A stretch of 64,000 nt of DNA from NCBI GenBank assembly GCA_031835245.2, contig JAVKOQ020000071.1, positions 1-64,000 of the forward strand, in the 5' to 3' direction. Position 1 is the first letter of the stretch. Every line of letters begins with the position of its first letter. The notes below the pieces were generated by a model, which saw nothing but the letters and a program-made list of their open reading frames with translations, searched no databases and was not told the origin of the DNA. The DNA is from Balamuthia mandrillaris. Lineage: Eukaryota. Positions 38,074 to 51,401 of the stretch are shown piece after piece. The translations under genes were made by a program, and so were the position numbers.

Positions 38074-39551
38074 ATTGGGAAATTTCGTTCGAAACTGGAA
38101 TCCCAATGGCGTAACCGCCAAAAACTGCCAATAATGATCAAATCACAGACCTTTAGCAACCACCGTTTGCTAACTCCTTTTCGTACCTTTTGTTCCGTCT
38201 CCGAGCCTTGGGCCCAGGCGGTTCCGCTTTCAGATGTCAATATTTGATGGCGAAGGAGGTTGAAATGTTGTTCACCAGCAACAAGGGGTTAACCGCTTGC
38301 TTTTGGACCGTCACAGCAATGCCTTTCACAGGCAACAACGTGGTTGACTGTGCTGGTACGGCTTTATTGTATCCTCGTTCTATCGTTTATTCCTTCTTCT
38401 GCATTCTTGTGTTCCTCTGCTTATTTATAGTGATGCCTCTATTTGTTGTTGCAAAGCTGGTTTCGGCGAACGCGAGTGGCGATCCTTTGGTCTGATATCG
38501 TTCGATAGGCACAAACTCTACCCACTGCTTTCTGTTCCTTCAACTTCACACGGCGCAGACTTTACCTTCCCGTAAATGGACATTCTCATCACCAGGTTGC
38601 TGCAGCTGGAGGAGGAGGGCCACTCTCGCTTTGGGAGTTGACAATGACCAGCAACTGCAGTTTTTTCATGTCTGGTTAAGCGCTTGTCAACATAGTATTT
38701 TCTCCTGTTCCGGTCCATACCAACCAAACCATCTTCCAGCAAAGTCGTCCATTTCGCCGGAGTAGAGCAAGTTATTGCGGCCAACACACTCAAAGTGGAA
38801 CCTCTTCCTCTCTTCCTGGCCAGTCCAACATCACAGCCATTCCTTGCAGCTCCGTCTCTCCGCGGCTGGTGAAGACGGTGCCGTTGCACGGGGTGCAGCC
38901 GAAAAAGAAGCGAACGGAGTGTGGTTGCCTGCGTTCAACCATTCCTTGTTGTTTGGACCCTGACGTCTCTTTGTTGCTGGACGATGACGGAAAAGGGAGA
39001 GGAGGAGGTGTGGTGGAAGATCCTTGTGCCAGTGTTAGTTCTGTTGATGGTGGTTGCGGCAGTGGCCTTTGTTGTTGGCACAGTTTCGCTGAGACGAAGA
39101 AGCAGGAACAAAAGCAGATTGGTGACCGAACGGTTGGCCAAGGCTCCCCATCCTCTTTGATAAGAAGAAGAAGAACAACAACAAAAAACAACTTTCTATT
39201 GTCACTCCTCTCTTGCCGTACTTCACAGTTGCATGGTGTCGGGGGCAAGACATCCGCGCAACAGGCATGTTTTGCTTAAAAGGAACCTATAGCAGAGGAT
39301 CTGAGAGGGCTCCACCCGATTGGTGGAGGGCTGATGAATTAGATTAATGAGGCTCTGAAGAGAGGCAGAAACTCCGGCAATTACCCTTTGTTAAGCGATG
39401 CGCACCGCTTCTGTGGTCATCTGGGGGTATCGGTTGTGAGGAAGCGATGGTCTGGGTGGGAACGAAAATAATCAGATAGACTGGCAAAGAGGGGAAGTGC
39501 CCCTGGTTTCTTGTTTCTTTTTTAAAAGGGTTAAACAAACAATAACACCCC

Positions 39552-41957
39552 ATGAAGTCGTTGACTCTCTCCTTGGCGTTCCTGCTGCTTTTGTCTCTGT
39601 TAGGTTAGTTCACTTTCTCGTTATCTTTCGTTTCGTTTCGCTAACGCCCCCTCCGGCTCTTCACAGGCTGCCGACCGGCCGACGCAGCGGGCATCTACGA
39701 CGAGCTTCTGGCCCCTTCCCACCCGGATGCCATTTGCGTGAACAAAAGCGAGATAGACTTTGGGGACTCGGGCTGCGGGGAGTACCTCAACTATGACATG
39801 GTCTACATTGTTCCTGGCGTTACGCTTCCCAATGTAACTGGGGACGGCTTTGAGGTATGGAAAGAGGCTGCCATCGGGTGGGTGAACTTCGCATTCTTTT
39901 ACCGGCTGTCTTCTTTTTTCTTACTAACTCCAAAAACAGCTCTTCCCTCCCTTATATTGCCAACTCGGCATGCCGAGTAACTTCGGCAAGGTACTTGTGT
40001 CCCACCTACTTTCGCCAATGCGTCGAGCTTGTTTCCCCACACGCCGACCCCGACAACTACACTCCCGATCAAGTTGCCCGGGTCGGTCATTATGCATGCA
40101 ACTTCCTCTGCGAAGAGCACAATGCCCCCTGTGCCCCCACCGTCCCCAAGGAGTTCCACGACGAATATCTCAATTGCGACAGGCCAAACGTCATCTTCTT
40201 TGGAGAGACCGTCCATCAGATATTTCCCTATGGCAACGTGACAGTGGAAGCGGTTGCTCCCAACGGTGACACCTGGGAGTATGAGTATGAGTGCTACGAT
40301 GGGAGTCGAGACGTTTCTTGTACGTCCCTTCTCATTCACCTGCTTCATGTTCTTGTTCTTGTCCTTCTTCTGGTCTTCTTCTTCTGCTTCTTTTTCTTAT
40401 TTTTCTTCTTTTTTCGTGCTTCTTCGTTCTTCATGTTCTTGTTCTTGTTCTTCTTTTTCGTGTTCTTCTTCTTCTTTTCTTCTTGTTCTTGTTTCTTCAT
40501 TCTTCTTCTTCTTCTTCTCTTCCTCCTCCGTCTTTTACTTGGTCACCTTCGTCTCGCTCTTTGCTCTGCATTCTTTATCAATCAGTCAACTTACCAATTT
40601 ACACGCAGACATTGTTTCGTTCAATTGTCCAAAGGGAATGCATAAAGAAGGGAACAATGAATGTGCTTTCGACTGTCCAGAGCCACTGTTAGAGGACGAG
40701 GAGTTCGATACCATCACCGACATGATGAGCGGAATCTCCTGGATCGGCTTGATTTTGATGGCCTTTCTCGTCATCACCTACCTCGTGGATCCCTCCAGAA
40801 GGAAGTTCCCCAACCATCTGTCCCTGTTCTTCTTTATTGCCATCATGTGCTTCTCATTCGCCTTCTGCTTGGCTAGCATGCTGCCCGATGGTACCAAAGA
40901 CATGTTGTGCGAAAACGAAGAGGAGCCCAATTACTTTGGAAATGGGGCATGCACGGTGCAAGGAATTTTAGTGGTATACTTCTTCCTGGCGGCAGTATTG
41001 TGGTGGTTGGTCATCTGCTTCAACATTTTCATCATGATGATCTTCGCTGCCAAAGACATTGACTGGCAGAAAGGATCGACCGCAACAATCATGATGGTTG
41101 GGTATCACTCCGTCGCGTGGATTCTACCGTTGATCCCCTTAATCATCGGCTTGGCAGCGGAGCGCATCGGAAGCAACGGATCGGACTTGTGGTGCACCAT
41201 CCATTCAAGTATAGAGTCCAACGAACTGACATTCATCATTGGAGAGGGAGACGGCATTGAGACGGAAGGAGATACGAAGAATGTGTGGAACTTTGTCCTA
41301 TTCTGGATGCCTGTCGTGCTATGCATAGCCATCGGCATGAGCTTAATCACTGTGGTGATTATCATTCAGCTTAAACAGGAGTCCGGTTTGAGCGGTTGTT
41401 GGACGTTTGTGAAGGGTCAATGGAGGATTTTCGCCTTCTTGGGCTTATACATTTGGGTCTGCATCTTCTTGTTCGCTTTCCAGTTGGACTTTGTAAACCG
41501 AAGAAACGACCAGTACGATGCCTACGAAGAGCACATAGGTTGTCTCTTCCGGAAGTCAGCTGTTGAGAACTACCATGAAAAGATCGGCACCCCCGTTCCT
41601 GAGGAATCTCGGTTTATTTGTAGTATATCTTCAGAGGTTCATTTCTTTTTTTTTAATTCTCTTCCTTTTGGTTAAAGCCCACTGTGACTAATACGACACC
41701 TACAGATCAACTATCCGTTGTGGGTGTTGGCGGCGTTCAACTTTGCCGGCCAGGGCATCTTCGTTTTCTTCATCTTTGGTACCAGCCGACGCATCTACCG
41801 CGCCTGGTGGACGCTTATCACCACCGGTTCCCTCTTGTCAAGCTCTTCAGCAGGCAGCGCCGACCCCAGCACGGAAAGGCAAGGCGCGGGCAAGGTAAAT
41901 CGGGTGAAAGGAAAGCAGCTAAGCGGATCAACCAGGGACGATGGTGACGAGCTGTGA
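39552..41957 (+). CDS. Frizzled/Smoothened-like 7TM receptor (Dictyostelium fsl-type), multi-exon
   Basis: Signal peptide MKSLTLSLAFLLLLSLL, Cys-rich ectodomain, CAFDCPEP, RRKFPN, ACTVQGILVVYFFLAAVLWW, YHSVAWILP and GIFVFFIFGT..IYRAW. Confidence 0.85.
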
Positions 41958-42215
41958 CACCACAACAAGCAACTCATTTTTGTAAGACTTGCCTGTTCCT
42001 GTTTTTTTTTTTGACCAAACGGCCCTATAATGACTCCTTCTTGTGCATGGGTGGCAAGTTAGGGGAGAAGCACGTGAAATATTTATGATTTTTTATTGGG
42101 GGTTTGAAAATATTACCAATGGTTAATCAAACATTTTTGATTAACGCGCGTTTGATTGGTGGACCGGTCCGATCAATCGTTTCTAAAAAAAAAAAAACAA
42201 ATTAGAAAAAGAAGC

Positions 42216-43892
42216 ATGCAAAGCGTAACGCTGCCCGTGGCCTGCACCTCCTCTGCTGTTGTTGTGCCTCCACTGCTGGCCTTGGACATGGATGGAACTC
42301 TCCTCCATGATGACAAGACTATTCCTGAGGTTCCTCTCTTTCTCTCTCCTTCTCTCTTTTTCGGGTTTTTAACTTGCGGGCGAAACAACAAAAAAACAGG
42401 CCAACAAAGCTGCAGTGAAGCTACTCAGTGAATGGGGCACACGCATCGTTCTCGCCAGTGGAAGGATGACTCCAAGACTGATCACTTACGCTGAAGTAAC
42501 GCTTTATTCTTTCTTTCCTTCTTACTTCTTCTTTGTCTTTTTTTGTTCTTGTTCTGGTTCTTGTTCTCTTGTTCTTGTTCTTGTTCTTGTTCTTGTTCTT
42601 GTTCTTGTTCTTGTTCTTGTTCTTGTTCTTGTTCTTCTTCTTCTTCTTCTTCTTCTTCTTCTTCTTTTTCGTCTTCTAATGCTGCTTCTCCTCGTTGCTC
42701 TGCTTGGGACAAAGGAGTTGCAAGTGGACGCAACGTTCATCGGCTACAATGGCGCAGAATGTGTGCTCAGCAGCAAAGAGGGCAGAAAACGGATCGTCAG
42801 CAGCTGCGTCCCTGCAGAGGAGGCCGCTCGTTTGTTCGAGTGGTGCGACTCTAGGCCTTATCTCCTATGTGTGTTCCTTGAAGGTATATGGCATTCTCTT
42901 TCTTCTTTCTTTTTCTTCTTTCTTTCTTCTCTTTCTTCGTTCTTCTTCTTTTCCTTCTTCTTCTTTAAGTGTAATTCTTCCTTGTCGCTCTCCTTTAGCC
43001 TTAATCTTCCATTTTCCTTCTACCTGCATTCGTCGTATTACCTGTTGGCCAACTTCTTCTTTTTGTTACTTTTAGACAAGGTTTATGTCCGAGATAGTGC
43101 AGAACTGAAGAAAGAAGCAGAGAACTACACACTACTCAACGGAGACGCCTTCACATGGATACCTTCTTACGCAAAGCATCTTCAAGGAAAGGCGCCCACC
43201 AAGGCATTGATCGCTCTCCCCTCCCAAAAGGTACCACTTTTTGAGTTCAACATTCTCTTCGTTCTTCTTTTTCTTCTTTCTTCTTTCTTCATTCGCTTTA
43301 ACGCTTCTTCCTGTCAGGAACAAGATGAGTTATACGAAGACATGTTGCTTAAATTTCCAAAGTTGCACCTGATCAAGTCATCATGTACCAACGAGCATGG
43401 CGTCGAGCAGGAATATGTGGAGTTCACCGCCAAAAATGTTAACAAAGGAACTGCTTTGGTATTTCATTTCTTCCTCGTCTTGTTCTCCTTCTTCGTCTTC
43501 TCTCCTCTTACTCTTGTTCGTCTGCTTCTGCATGATATTGTTCTTCTTGTTCTTGTTCTTCTTCTTGTTCTTCTTCTTCTTCTTTTTCTTCTTCTTCTTC
43601 TTCTTCTCCTCCTCCTCCTCCTAAATATCTCCTTCCCGCAACTGAACTGTGTGCTTTGCTTTAAAAGATAAAGCTTTGTGAACATTTGAATCTGGATATC
43701 AATCAAGTTGTCAGCATGGGTGATGGAGACAACGACATTGAGATGTTGCAAGTGGCTGGCTACAGCGTGTGCATGGCTCAAGGGAAGGACGAGGCCAAGC
43801 GGGCGGCCAAGAAGATCTCCCCTTTCACCAACAACGACAACGGCGTGGCTCGCGAGATCCAAGCCATCCTCTCCTCCACCACTCAAAACTGA
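42216..43892 (+). CDS. Cof-like HAD hydrolase (subfamily IIB), multi-exon
   Basis: LALDMDGTLL (motif I), LASGR (II), YNGA, NKGTAL (III) and GDGDNDIEML (IV). Confidence 0.9.
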
Positions 43893-44310
43893 AACCGTTT
43901 CAGATTCTTGGCCCTCCAACAAGGTCTCCTGTTGCCTCACGACGTGAGAACAACCCAGGCAAACCTCTCCTCGCTTTATACCGATGATGTTGTTGTTAAC
44001 ACACGAGTATTAATAGGAAGAAGAAACGCAAGTCTTTTTTTTTTACATTCTTCACATTACGAACATATTTAAGATGCCTTTCATTCCAAGCGTGCCTCCC
44101 CGACATTCTTACCATATTTACGTAACATTCTTCACATTCCGATCGTTCCTATGGCGACCGTTACCTAACAGAAAAAAGGCGGGAAATTCATCATTATTTT
44201 TTACGACAAACAAAAAAATTACATAAAACTTTTTCTCATTCCATAAACAAAAAAAAAAAACGAAACTTGAATTAAAACGATTGTGAGAGAAAGAGAGAAC
44301 AAGTGTTTTT

Positions 44311-44342
<32 letters not shown>

Positions 44343-44424
44343 TTCTTTCTTTTTTTTTGTTAGACTCTAGGAAAAGCGGGTCTGTGTTGTTTGTTTTTCA
44401 TTTTGTTTTCTTTCAAAAAAGAAA

Positions 44425-47400
44425 ATGAAGAGAAGAAGGCCTTTGGCCAAAAGCAGCCCAAAGGATGAGGTTGGCAGGGCGTCTGCGGAGGCGCAGGGCG
44501 CTGTTGTTGTTTCCGTCGCTCCCACCACCCCGCAGGCCGCTCCCTCCTCCGCCACGCGGCGCTTGGCCAAACGTCGACGTGTCGCTAATCGTCTCAAGGT
44601 TTGATGGATAATGCTGTTTTTTTTTTTGTTTTTTTTTAAATGGGGAGATGACGTTGTTCGAAAAATCTGATGATGAAGTTTTTTTTTTAAAAAAAAATAG
44701 GGAACAAAACTTCCAGAGTTGAGTTACAGCAAAGCTTCGACCAAGGAGCGTGGTGGAGAGGAGGAGGAGGAGGAAGAGGAGGAGGAGCAACAAACCGCAA
44801 CGACCACCACGACGACGAGCGCGACAAGGATGGAGGAGGAGAGCGTATTTTCCACACCGGCTGCTGTGGGGCAGGCTGGTGGTGGGAAGCAGACAGCGGC
44901 GGTGGAGCAGCTGGCAGTGGCGTCCTTTACGCCAACCCCTTCCTCTTCTCATAAAGACAAGGAAAAGGGCATTACGGAAGAAGGTACTGTGCTCTCTCAC
45001 TCTCTCTCCCTCGTTCTCTATAGAAGCTTCTTGTTCATTCTTCTTTGTTCTTCTTGTTCTTGTTCTTGTTCTTGTTCTTGTTCTTGTTCTTGTTCTTGTT
45101 CTTGTTCTTGTTCTTCTTCTTGTTCTTCTTCTTCTTCTTCTTCTTCTTCATCTTCTTGTTCTTCTTTTTCTTTTTCTCATGGTATGGTTCTCGTGTCTCT
45201 TCCTTCTCTCCCTCTGCTTCTTTGCCTCTCTCTTCCCTCTATTTCTCTTTCTCTCTCACTCTCAACAGAACGGGAACTGGCCAAACAACAGTACTTGAGG
45301 GACAACTTCACCACTGCGGAGTTAGAAGAGATAAGGTTCCTTCTTTCTCCCTGTTCTTTTTCTTCCTTCTTGCGTTCTTAACCCATTTCTTCATTTTGCA
45401 GGGAAGTGTTCTCCTTGTTTGACACAGACGGAAACGGTCTCATTACCCGCGAGGAGATTCGTCGCGTTCTCCACGCACTCGGCGATGAACCCAGCGAGGA
45501 CTATCTCGATGCCATGGTGCGCGAGGTGGATGCAGACTCGAACGGCGTTATAGACTTTCACGAGTTTTGTGCGATGATGGCACACTTGAAGTACAGCGAT
45601 TTGGAGCAGGACTTGACGGCTGCTTTCCAGATGTTTGATGAGGGAGGAAGACTGGGCTCCATTTCGGTGGATGAGCTGAGAAAAGTGGTCAAGAACATTG
45701 GAGAGGGATGGACGGAGGAGGATGTACGTCTCTTTCTTGTTTTTGCTTTGCTTTGTTTGTTTTGTTCTCAAACTTATTCAAAAACAAACAGGTCCAAGGG
45801 CTGATTCAACAAACCTCAAACGAAGATGAAGACATCGACTTTACAAAGTTTTTGGAGGTGTTGATGCAAAAGTATCGCAGCAACGAACTCCGAAGACAAC
45901 CCTCTGGCCTTCTAGCTTTTGACAGAGCCAGAGAAGAGGAGTTGCGAGAACTCAAAGAGAACAAACGTCGAATGGAAGAGGAGATGCAACAACTTCAGAA
46001 CCAGTATCAGCAAATGAGCAGGCAGAAGGAAGAGGAGCTGTTGCACCTGCAAAGCAAAAAACAGGAACTGGAACAAAAACAAGAGAAAATGAAGCAGAAG
46101 CTGCTTGTCTCGCAACAGAAAGCAATGGGAGTGAACAACAGCCTTGAGAAGACGAGAGAGAGTCTCTCCGTCCTCGAGATGAGTCGCTCGCAGTTGCTTC
46201 AACGAGTGGAAGAACAGGATCAACAATACATTGCACAAAGACAACGAATAGGGGAATTGGAGAGAACATTGGCGGATGCTCAGGAGCAAATCATTGCAGA
46301 GGAGAGAGAAAAGTTTGCAAGCTTGGCGCAACTGATGGAAACTAAAAGAGCACTCCAGGAAGAGAAGGATAGGACGGAGAAGGAACGAGAGGAGACAAAA
46401 CACGCACTCGAGAAACTAGAGAAAGAAAAAGAGGAAGAGATAACGAGTCTTCAACGCAGCAACAACAATTTGTTGGAGGTGCAAAAAGTGCTTCGCAACA
46501 AGATAGAACAGTTGAACGTTCAATTAAGAGCAGCTACTGAGAGCGAGAGAAGTGCAATGGAGGAGGAACGAACGGAATTGGAACGTAGGAAAGAGGAAGA
46601 AGCACAGCAAATGAAAGATCAACTCTTGCAAGAATTGGAGGCTACAAGAACACAACATGAAGAAGTACTGCAACAACTAAAAACACAATTGAAAGCAGCA
46701 ATGACAGAAAAGAGCGAGCTGGAAAGAGCAAACGAGGAGACGAAAGAACGAATCACAGAGTTGGAAACTGCATTGCGAGAATTGGAAGAACAACAAAAAG
46801 AACTGGAAGAGGAGAAAGACGAGATCGAGAAAGAAAACAGACGACTCATAAGAGAAAAAGAAGAACTGGAGCAAGAAAAGAACGAGTTGGAAGAAGAAAA
46901 AAAAGCTTTGGAAGAGGAAATAGAATCATTCGAAACGGAGAGAAAAGAGCTCCAAGTGGAGAGAGCGCAACTCGAAAAAGAAAAGGAGCAATGGGAGCAG
47001 GAAAAAATAGAAATGGAAGAGGAAAGCAAGGCACGAGAGGAAAACATTTTGGTGGAAGCCAAAGAACAAAGACAACGCCTAAAACAAAAGTTCAACGATA
47101 AAATGAGAGAAGTGGTGGAACACGTGGAGGAGGAAAGAAAGCAATTTGAAGCCAAGAAAACAGAGCTGGAAAGCCTGCGAACTACAGAACAGGAGAAATG
47201 GAACGAGGAGAAAAGAAAGATGGAGGAAGAGCTCTCAAAGCTCACGCAACGACTAAGCGAAGAACGTAGAAAGCTGATCGAAGAGAAACGAGCTATAATG
47301 GAAGAGTTGGCAGAAGAAAAGGAAGCATGGGAAGCAGATAGAGCTCGTTGGGAAGAGGAAAGACAAGCCATGAATGTGGAACATTCTTCTGCTCTAGAAC

Positions 47401-49145
47401 AATTGGAACAGCAGTTACGAACAGACATGCAACTGGAGAAGGAAGAGGCATTGAAAGAAGATAGAGAGGCGAACAACGAACGATGGCGACAAGAAATAGA
47501 GAAGAAAGAAGAGGAAGTTCGACTGTTGCAACAAAGGATTGACGAGTTAACGGAACAAGAACAGATGACGGAACGAGAGAGAGCCGAGCGGCTCGAAGAG
47601 GAACGTAAGAGATGGGAAGAACGACAAAGAGAATGGCAAGAAGAGCAAGCACGACTTGAGGCAGTGAAGGAAGAATGGAATAATGCCAGACAGAAGTTGA
47701 TGGAAGCGAAACAACAAACAGAAGAAAGGTTGCTAGAAACAACACGGCTCTTAGAACAGGAAAGTGAGAGCAGGAAACAGTACGAGCAACAAATGGAAGT
47801 GGAGCTAAACAATTTGGAAGAAGCCCTTTCGGAGGAAAGAGCAGAATGGAACAAAGAAAGAAAGTTGTTGCAAGACAAAATGGAACAGTTGAAATCCCAA
47901 TGGCAGCAAGAGCGAGAGCTGTTAGCTGAGGCAATGGACGAGGAAAGGACCGAATTCGAGCACCGATGGAAGGAAGAAAAAGAGAGAACGGAACAAGAGC
48001 GACAATCGTGGATAGAAGAGAAGGAACGAATGCAGCAGCAACAACAGGAGATGGTCATCGAGAGAGAACGAAAAGAAGAGGAGTTGGTTGGAACAGTCTC
48101 TCAAACGGAAGAACGGTTAAGGGTAGAAAAGGAGAGAACTAACGAATTGGAGATGCGAATGAGCGAAATAAAAGAGCAACTCAAGGTATTTCAGGAAGAG
48201 AACAGAAACCTCAAAGGAGCAATCGTGGAAAGCAAAAGCACAGTTCATCGTTTGAAGATTCAGGAAACAACTATGTTGGAAGAACGAACAGCATTACAAA
48301 CGGTTCAGAACGAGCTCCAATCAGAGCTGGAAGCACTCCGCGCCAAGTCACACGAGAAAGAGTCTGAAGCAGAGGAGCTGAAAGCTAAAATGGTGGCCAT
48401 TAAACACAGCTTTGAGGAGGAGCTCTCCACGCTGCGCAGAGAGAAAGAAGAAGCTCTCAGCAAGATTCGACAGCAGAAGGAGGCTCTCTCCACAGAGTTA
48501 CAACGTCAACAGCAGATGCTGGAACGGAGCCAGACGGAAGCCAAAACTTTGCAAACAACACTCGACGAGACACAACTTCTCTACGACCAACTTTTGGCGA
48601 AACAAAAAGCCACCAAAATGGAGTTGGATGAACGAGGAACCTCTTTGGAAGCGCAGTTGGCGACCAACGAGCAGCTCTCTCGCGAACTGGAGGAGGAGAG
48701 AGCGACCTCGCAGCAGCTTCAAGAACGCTTGCAGGCTTCCAAACAGGTCTACGAGGGAGAGGTGGGCAGAAGGATCGAACTTCAGAAGATCAATGCGGAG
48801 TTGGCTCAACAGAACAAGGAGCTGGAGGCCAAACTCTTTGCGGCCATCAAGAAAGGCAAAGACGTGGAGGGCCTGTTGTTGGCGTTGAGCGAATGGAGCG
48901 GCCAAATGGAGGAAACGATGAAGAAGAGCAAAGCGGAGATGAGAATCGGAGCCAGATTGCTGGACAGCTGGAAGAAGAACAAGACAAAAGGCGGAGCACG
49001 AAGAAGACTAGGAGAGGAGGAGGAAGAAGAGTTGGACGAGGAAGAAGAAGGGACCGAAGGATTGGTAACGCTGATACAGGGAGCAACCGAAGAGGAGAAA
49101 GGCTCGCCAAAAGTGTCTCGTTTCTCCTTTGGCATGCGTCATTGA
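44425..49145 (+). CDS. Calmodulin-like EF-hand domain followed by an ~1000-aa coiled coil
   Basis: EEIREVFSLFDTDGNGLITREE...LDAMVREVDADSNGVIDFHEF...AAFQMFD, then an E/K/Q/R heptad-rich single exon 45792-49145. 5' exons approximate. Confidence 0.8.
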
Positions 49146-49747
49146 AACAATGACACCTGCGTTTATCTCTTCTTCAACAACCAAAAAAAAAAAATGTTTT
49201 TTTTTTCCCTTTGTAAACACATTTCTATTACTTACTATGCTAACTAAAGTTGGTTGGGTTTCTTTCGTCTTCATTTACTTGTTTTGTTGAATCTTTCTGT
49301 CCCCCAACAATTGCTCCGCGCTTCCCTCCTTCAGTTTTATAGTTTGTTTTTTTTTTTGAATGTTAGGTAGATTTTTTTTCCTTTGGGGAAGTGGTGGAAA
49401 ATAGGTGTGAAATCGAAAGAAATTAATATGTTTACTTTATTGAAATTTTACTGGTTTTTGTTCATGTAATGCGTTACATGTGATGTTTGCATTGGTCATC
49501 ATTGGAAAAGCTGTAACGCACATCTCGTATCAACTGTTGTTATGCAACTCATGGAGTTTGCCTTTGTCAACATTCGAGTAAAAAGAAGGAGTCACATTGG
49601 CCATTTTCTCCATACTGCTCAACGCTTTGCCCCGTATTTTCACTGCTTTTCCCCAAAACAAGTATTTAAGAGGTTGCCCTCTCTTGGGCTTGTCATACTT
49701 TTTTCCCCACAACCATTACAGACAATCAACTTGAAGAGCATTACAGC

Positions 49748-50056
49748 ATGAGCAACGACGACTTTACCATCAGCAAGACGGCCGGACAGCAAGACAAACT
49801 GATTGGTGCCCTCAAGGAAACGGCCGGCCAGCTTCTCATGAACGAAAGAATGGAGGCGGAGGGAGCTGCCCAGAAGGAGAAAGGCAGGCAGGAGATCAAA
49901 GCTGCGGAGGCCGTGGCCATCGGGGAGGGAGCTGGAGAGTTGGCTGGTGGCATGATCAAGGAGGCGGCAGGCGCGCTCGGTGGCAACGAGGCGCTGAAGA
50001 CGGAGGGAAGAGCGGAGCAATTGGTGGGTGACAGAAAGATTCAACAAAACAAGTAG
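49748..50056 (+). CDS. CsbD-like (tandem) small stress protein
   Basis: Two repeats of G.(L/I)KE.AG.L..NE.(M/L)..EG.A. Intronless, with TATTTAA at 49663-49669. Confidence 0.75.
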   Translation: MSNDDFTISKTAGQQDKLIGALKETAGQLLMNERMEAEGAAQKEKGRQEIKAAEAVAIGEGAGELAGGMIKEAAGALGGNEALKTEGRAEQLVGDRKIQQNK

Positions 50057-50143
50057 AAAGAATACACCAAAACAAAAATAGACTTGGCGATGTAACTCAA
50101 ACATATGCCTTTTATTTTGTGTACTTGCTTTTCTGTCATGCTG

Positions 50144-51307
50144 TTATTGTTGCATCTTGAGTTCGTAGGCATGAGCAGCGGCTCGAGAGGCTTCCAGTTC
50201 TTGTTTCGCTTCCCCCAGATTTGCCGCAGCGATGCTGTAAGGGCGGCAGGAACGAATCTCCACAGCATCACCAAAGGCGTAGAGGGTGACCGCGGCCCAA
50301 AGGCGATTGACAGAAGGAGGGATGGCGATGCACTCCATCCACTCTCCGTTTTTGAAGAAGGTGATGCTGCGATGAAACTCATCCTCCTTCTCCTCGCTGA
50401 AGTTGACCAGAACTCCGATGACGTCCCCTCGTTCCCACCCAGCCTTCACATGGCGTTTCACTTGGTCTGACTCGAGGCCATATCCTATGATGTTGTGGCT
50501 GAAAGAAGAGAAGAAAGAGGAGGAAAGAAGAGAAAGGAAGAACCAAAGAATGGAAGCAGGTGAAGTACGCATAAAAAGAGACTATAAGAAAGAAACGGCA
50601 AGCAAGCACAAGAAAGAAAAAAGGAGAAAACAACGGAACGGGAAGACGAACATGCATTGCTTTTGAGACCACCACATCCAGGAACGAGGATGATAGCCTT
50701 TGACATGGGCATGCAACCGACAATCCCACGAGTCATCAACCAACCCAACCCCAAACACATGAGTGGAGATGTAGCCCTTGATCATAAACTCGAAGCTTCT
50801 CTGCTTCTGAGCAGACTGAGGCGTGAAGGCCACCTTGGAGCGCACAGAGACGTACGAAGACCTCCCTCCCCTCTTCTCCCATCGCACCTGCCGTTTGCAA
50901 AGAAAGAGGTTTTGCTTTGGTCCTGACAGAGTGGGTTTTGCACAGCTGCCCTGCACGGCCACCTCCACCTCTTGTCTCACAGCTTCAGCCTCTTGGGGAG
51001 GAAGGGTGTGGTGGTGCAAGTCCCATTGCATGGCATGCTGTTCACGGAAGGTTGCTTTCCAAGAGCTGCTTTCTTCTGCTTCAGGTTCAGGTTCAGAAGA
51101 GAACTTCTCGGGAGCAGAAGAACAAGAAGAAACGGAGGAGTAACAACGTTGTCTCCAAGAGAACTCGCTGTCCACCACCTGGAGAAGAGACTTGCAGATG
51201 AGGAAGCAACTTGGGAAGAGGTCCCTCACCGGGATGTGCTCAAAGACCATGGAGAGCAGTTCGGGGGGAAGTTCTGTCAACGAAGTCGCCGCCGGCGGTG
51301 AAGCCAT
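50144..51307 (-). CDS. F-box plus SPRY/B30.2 domain protein, 2 exons
   Basis: LTELPPELLSMVFEHIPVRDL..CFLICK (F-box). FEF...VFGVGLV and GWERGDVIGVLVNF...ITFFKNG...LWAAVTLY (SPRY). Confidence 0.85.
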
Positions 51308-51401
51308 CGTTTCAACTTCTCTCTTTGTCTTTCTTGTTTGGTTGTTTCTAATATTAATTAAAAAGACCATTATTAACAAGGCAAATAGCAGCGGTTGGTT
51401 T

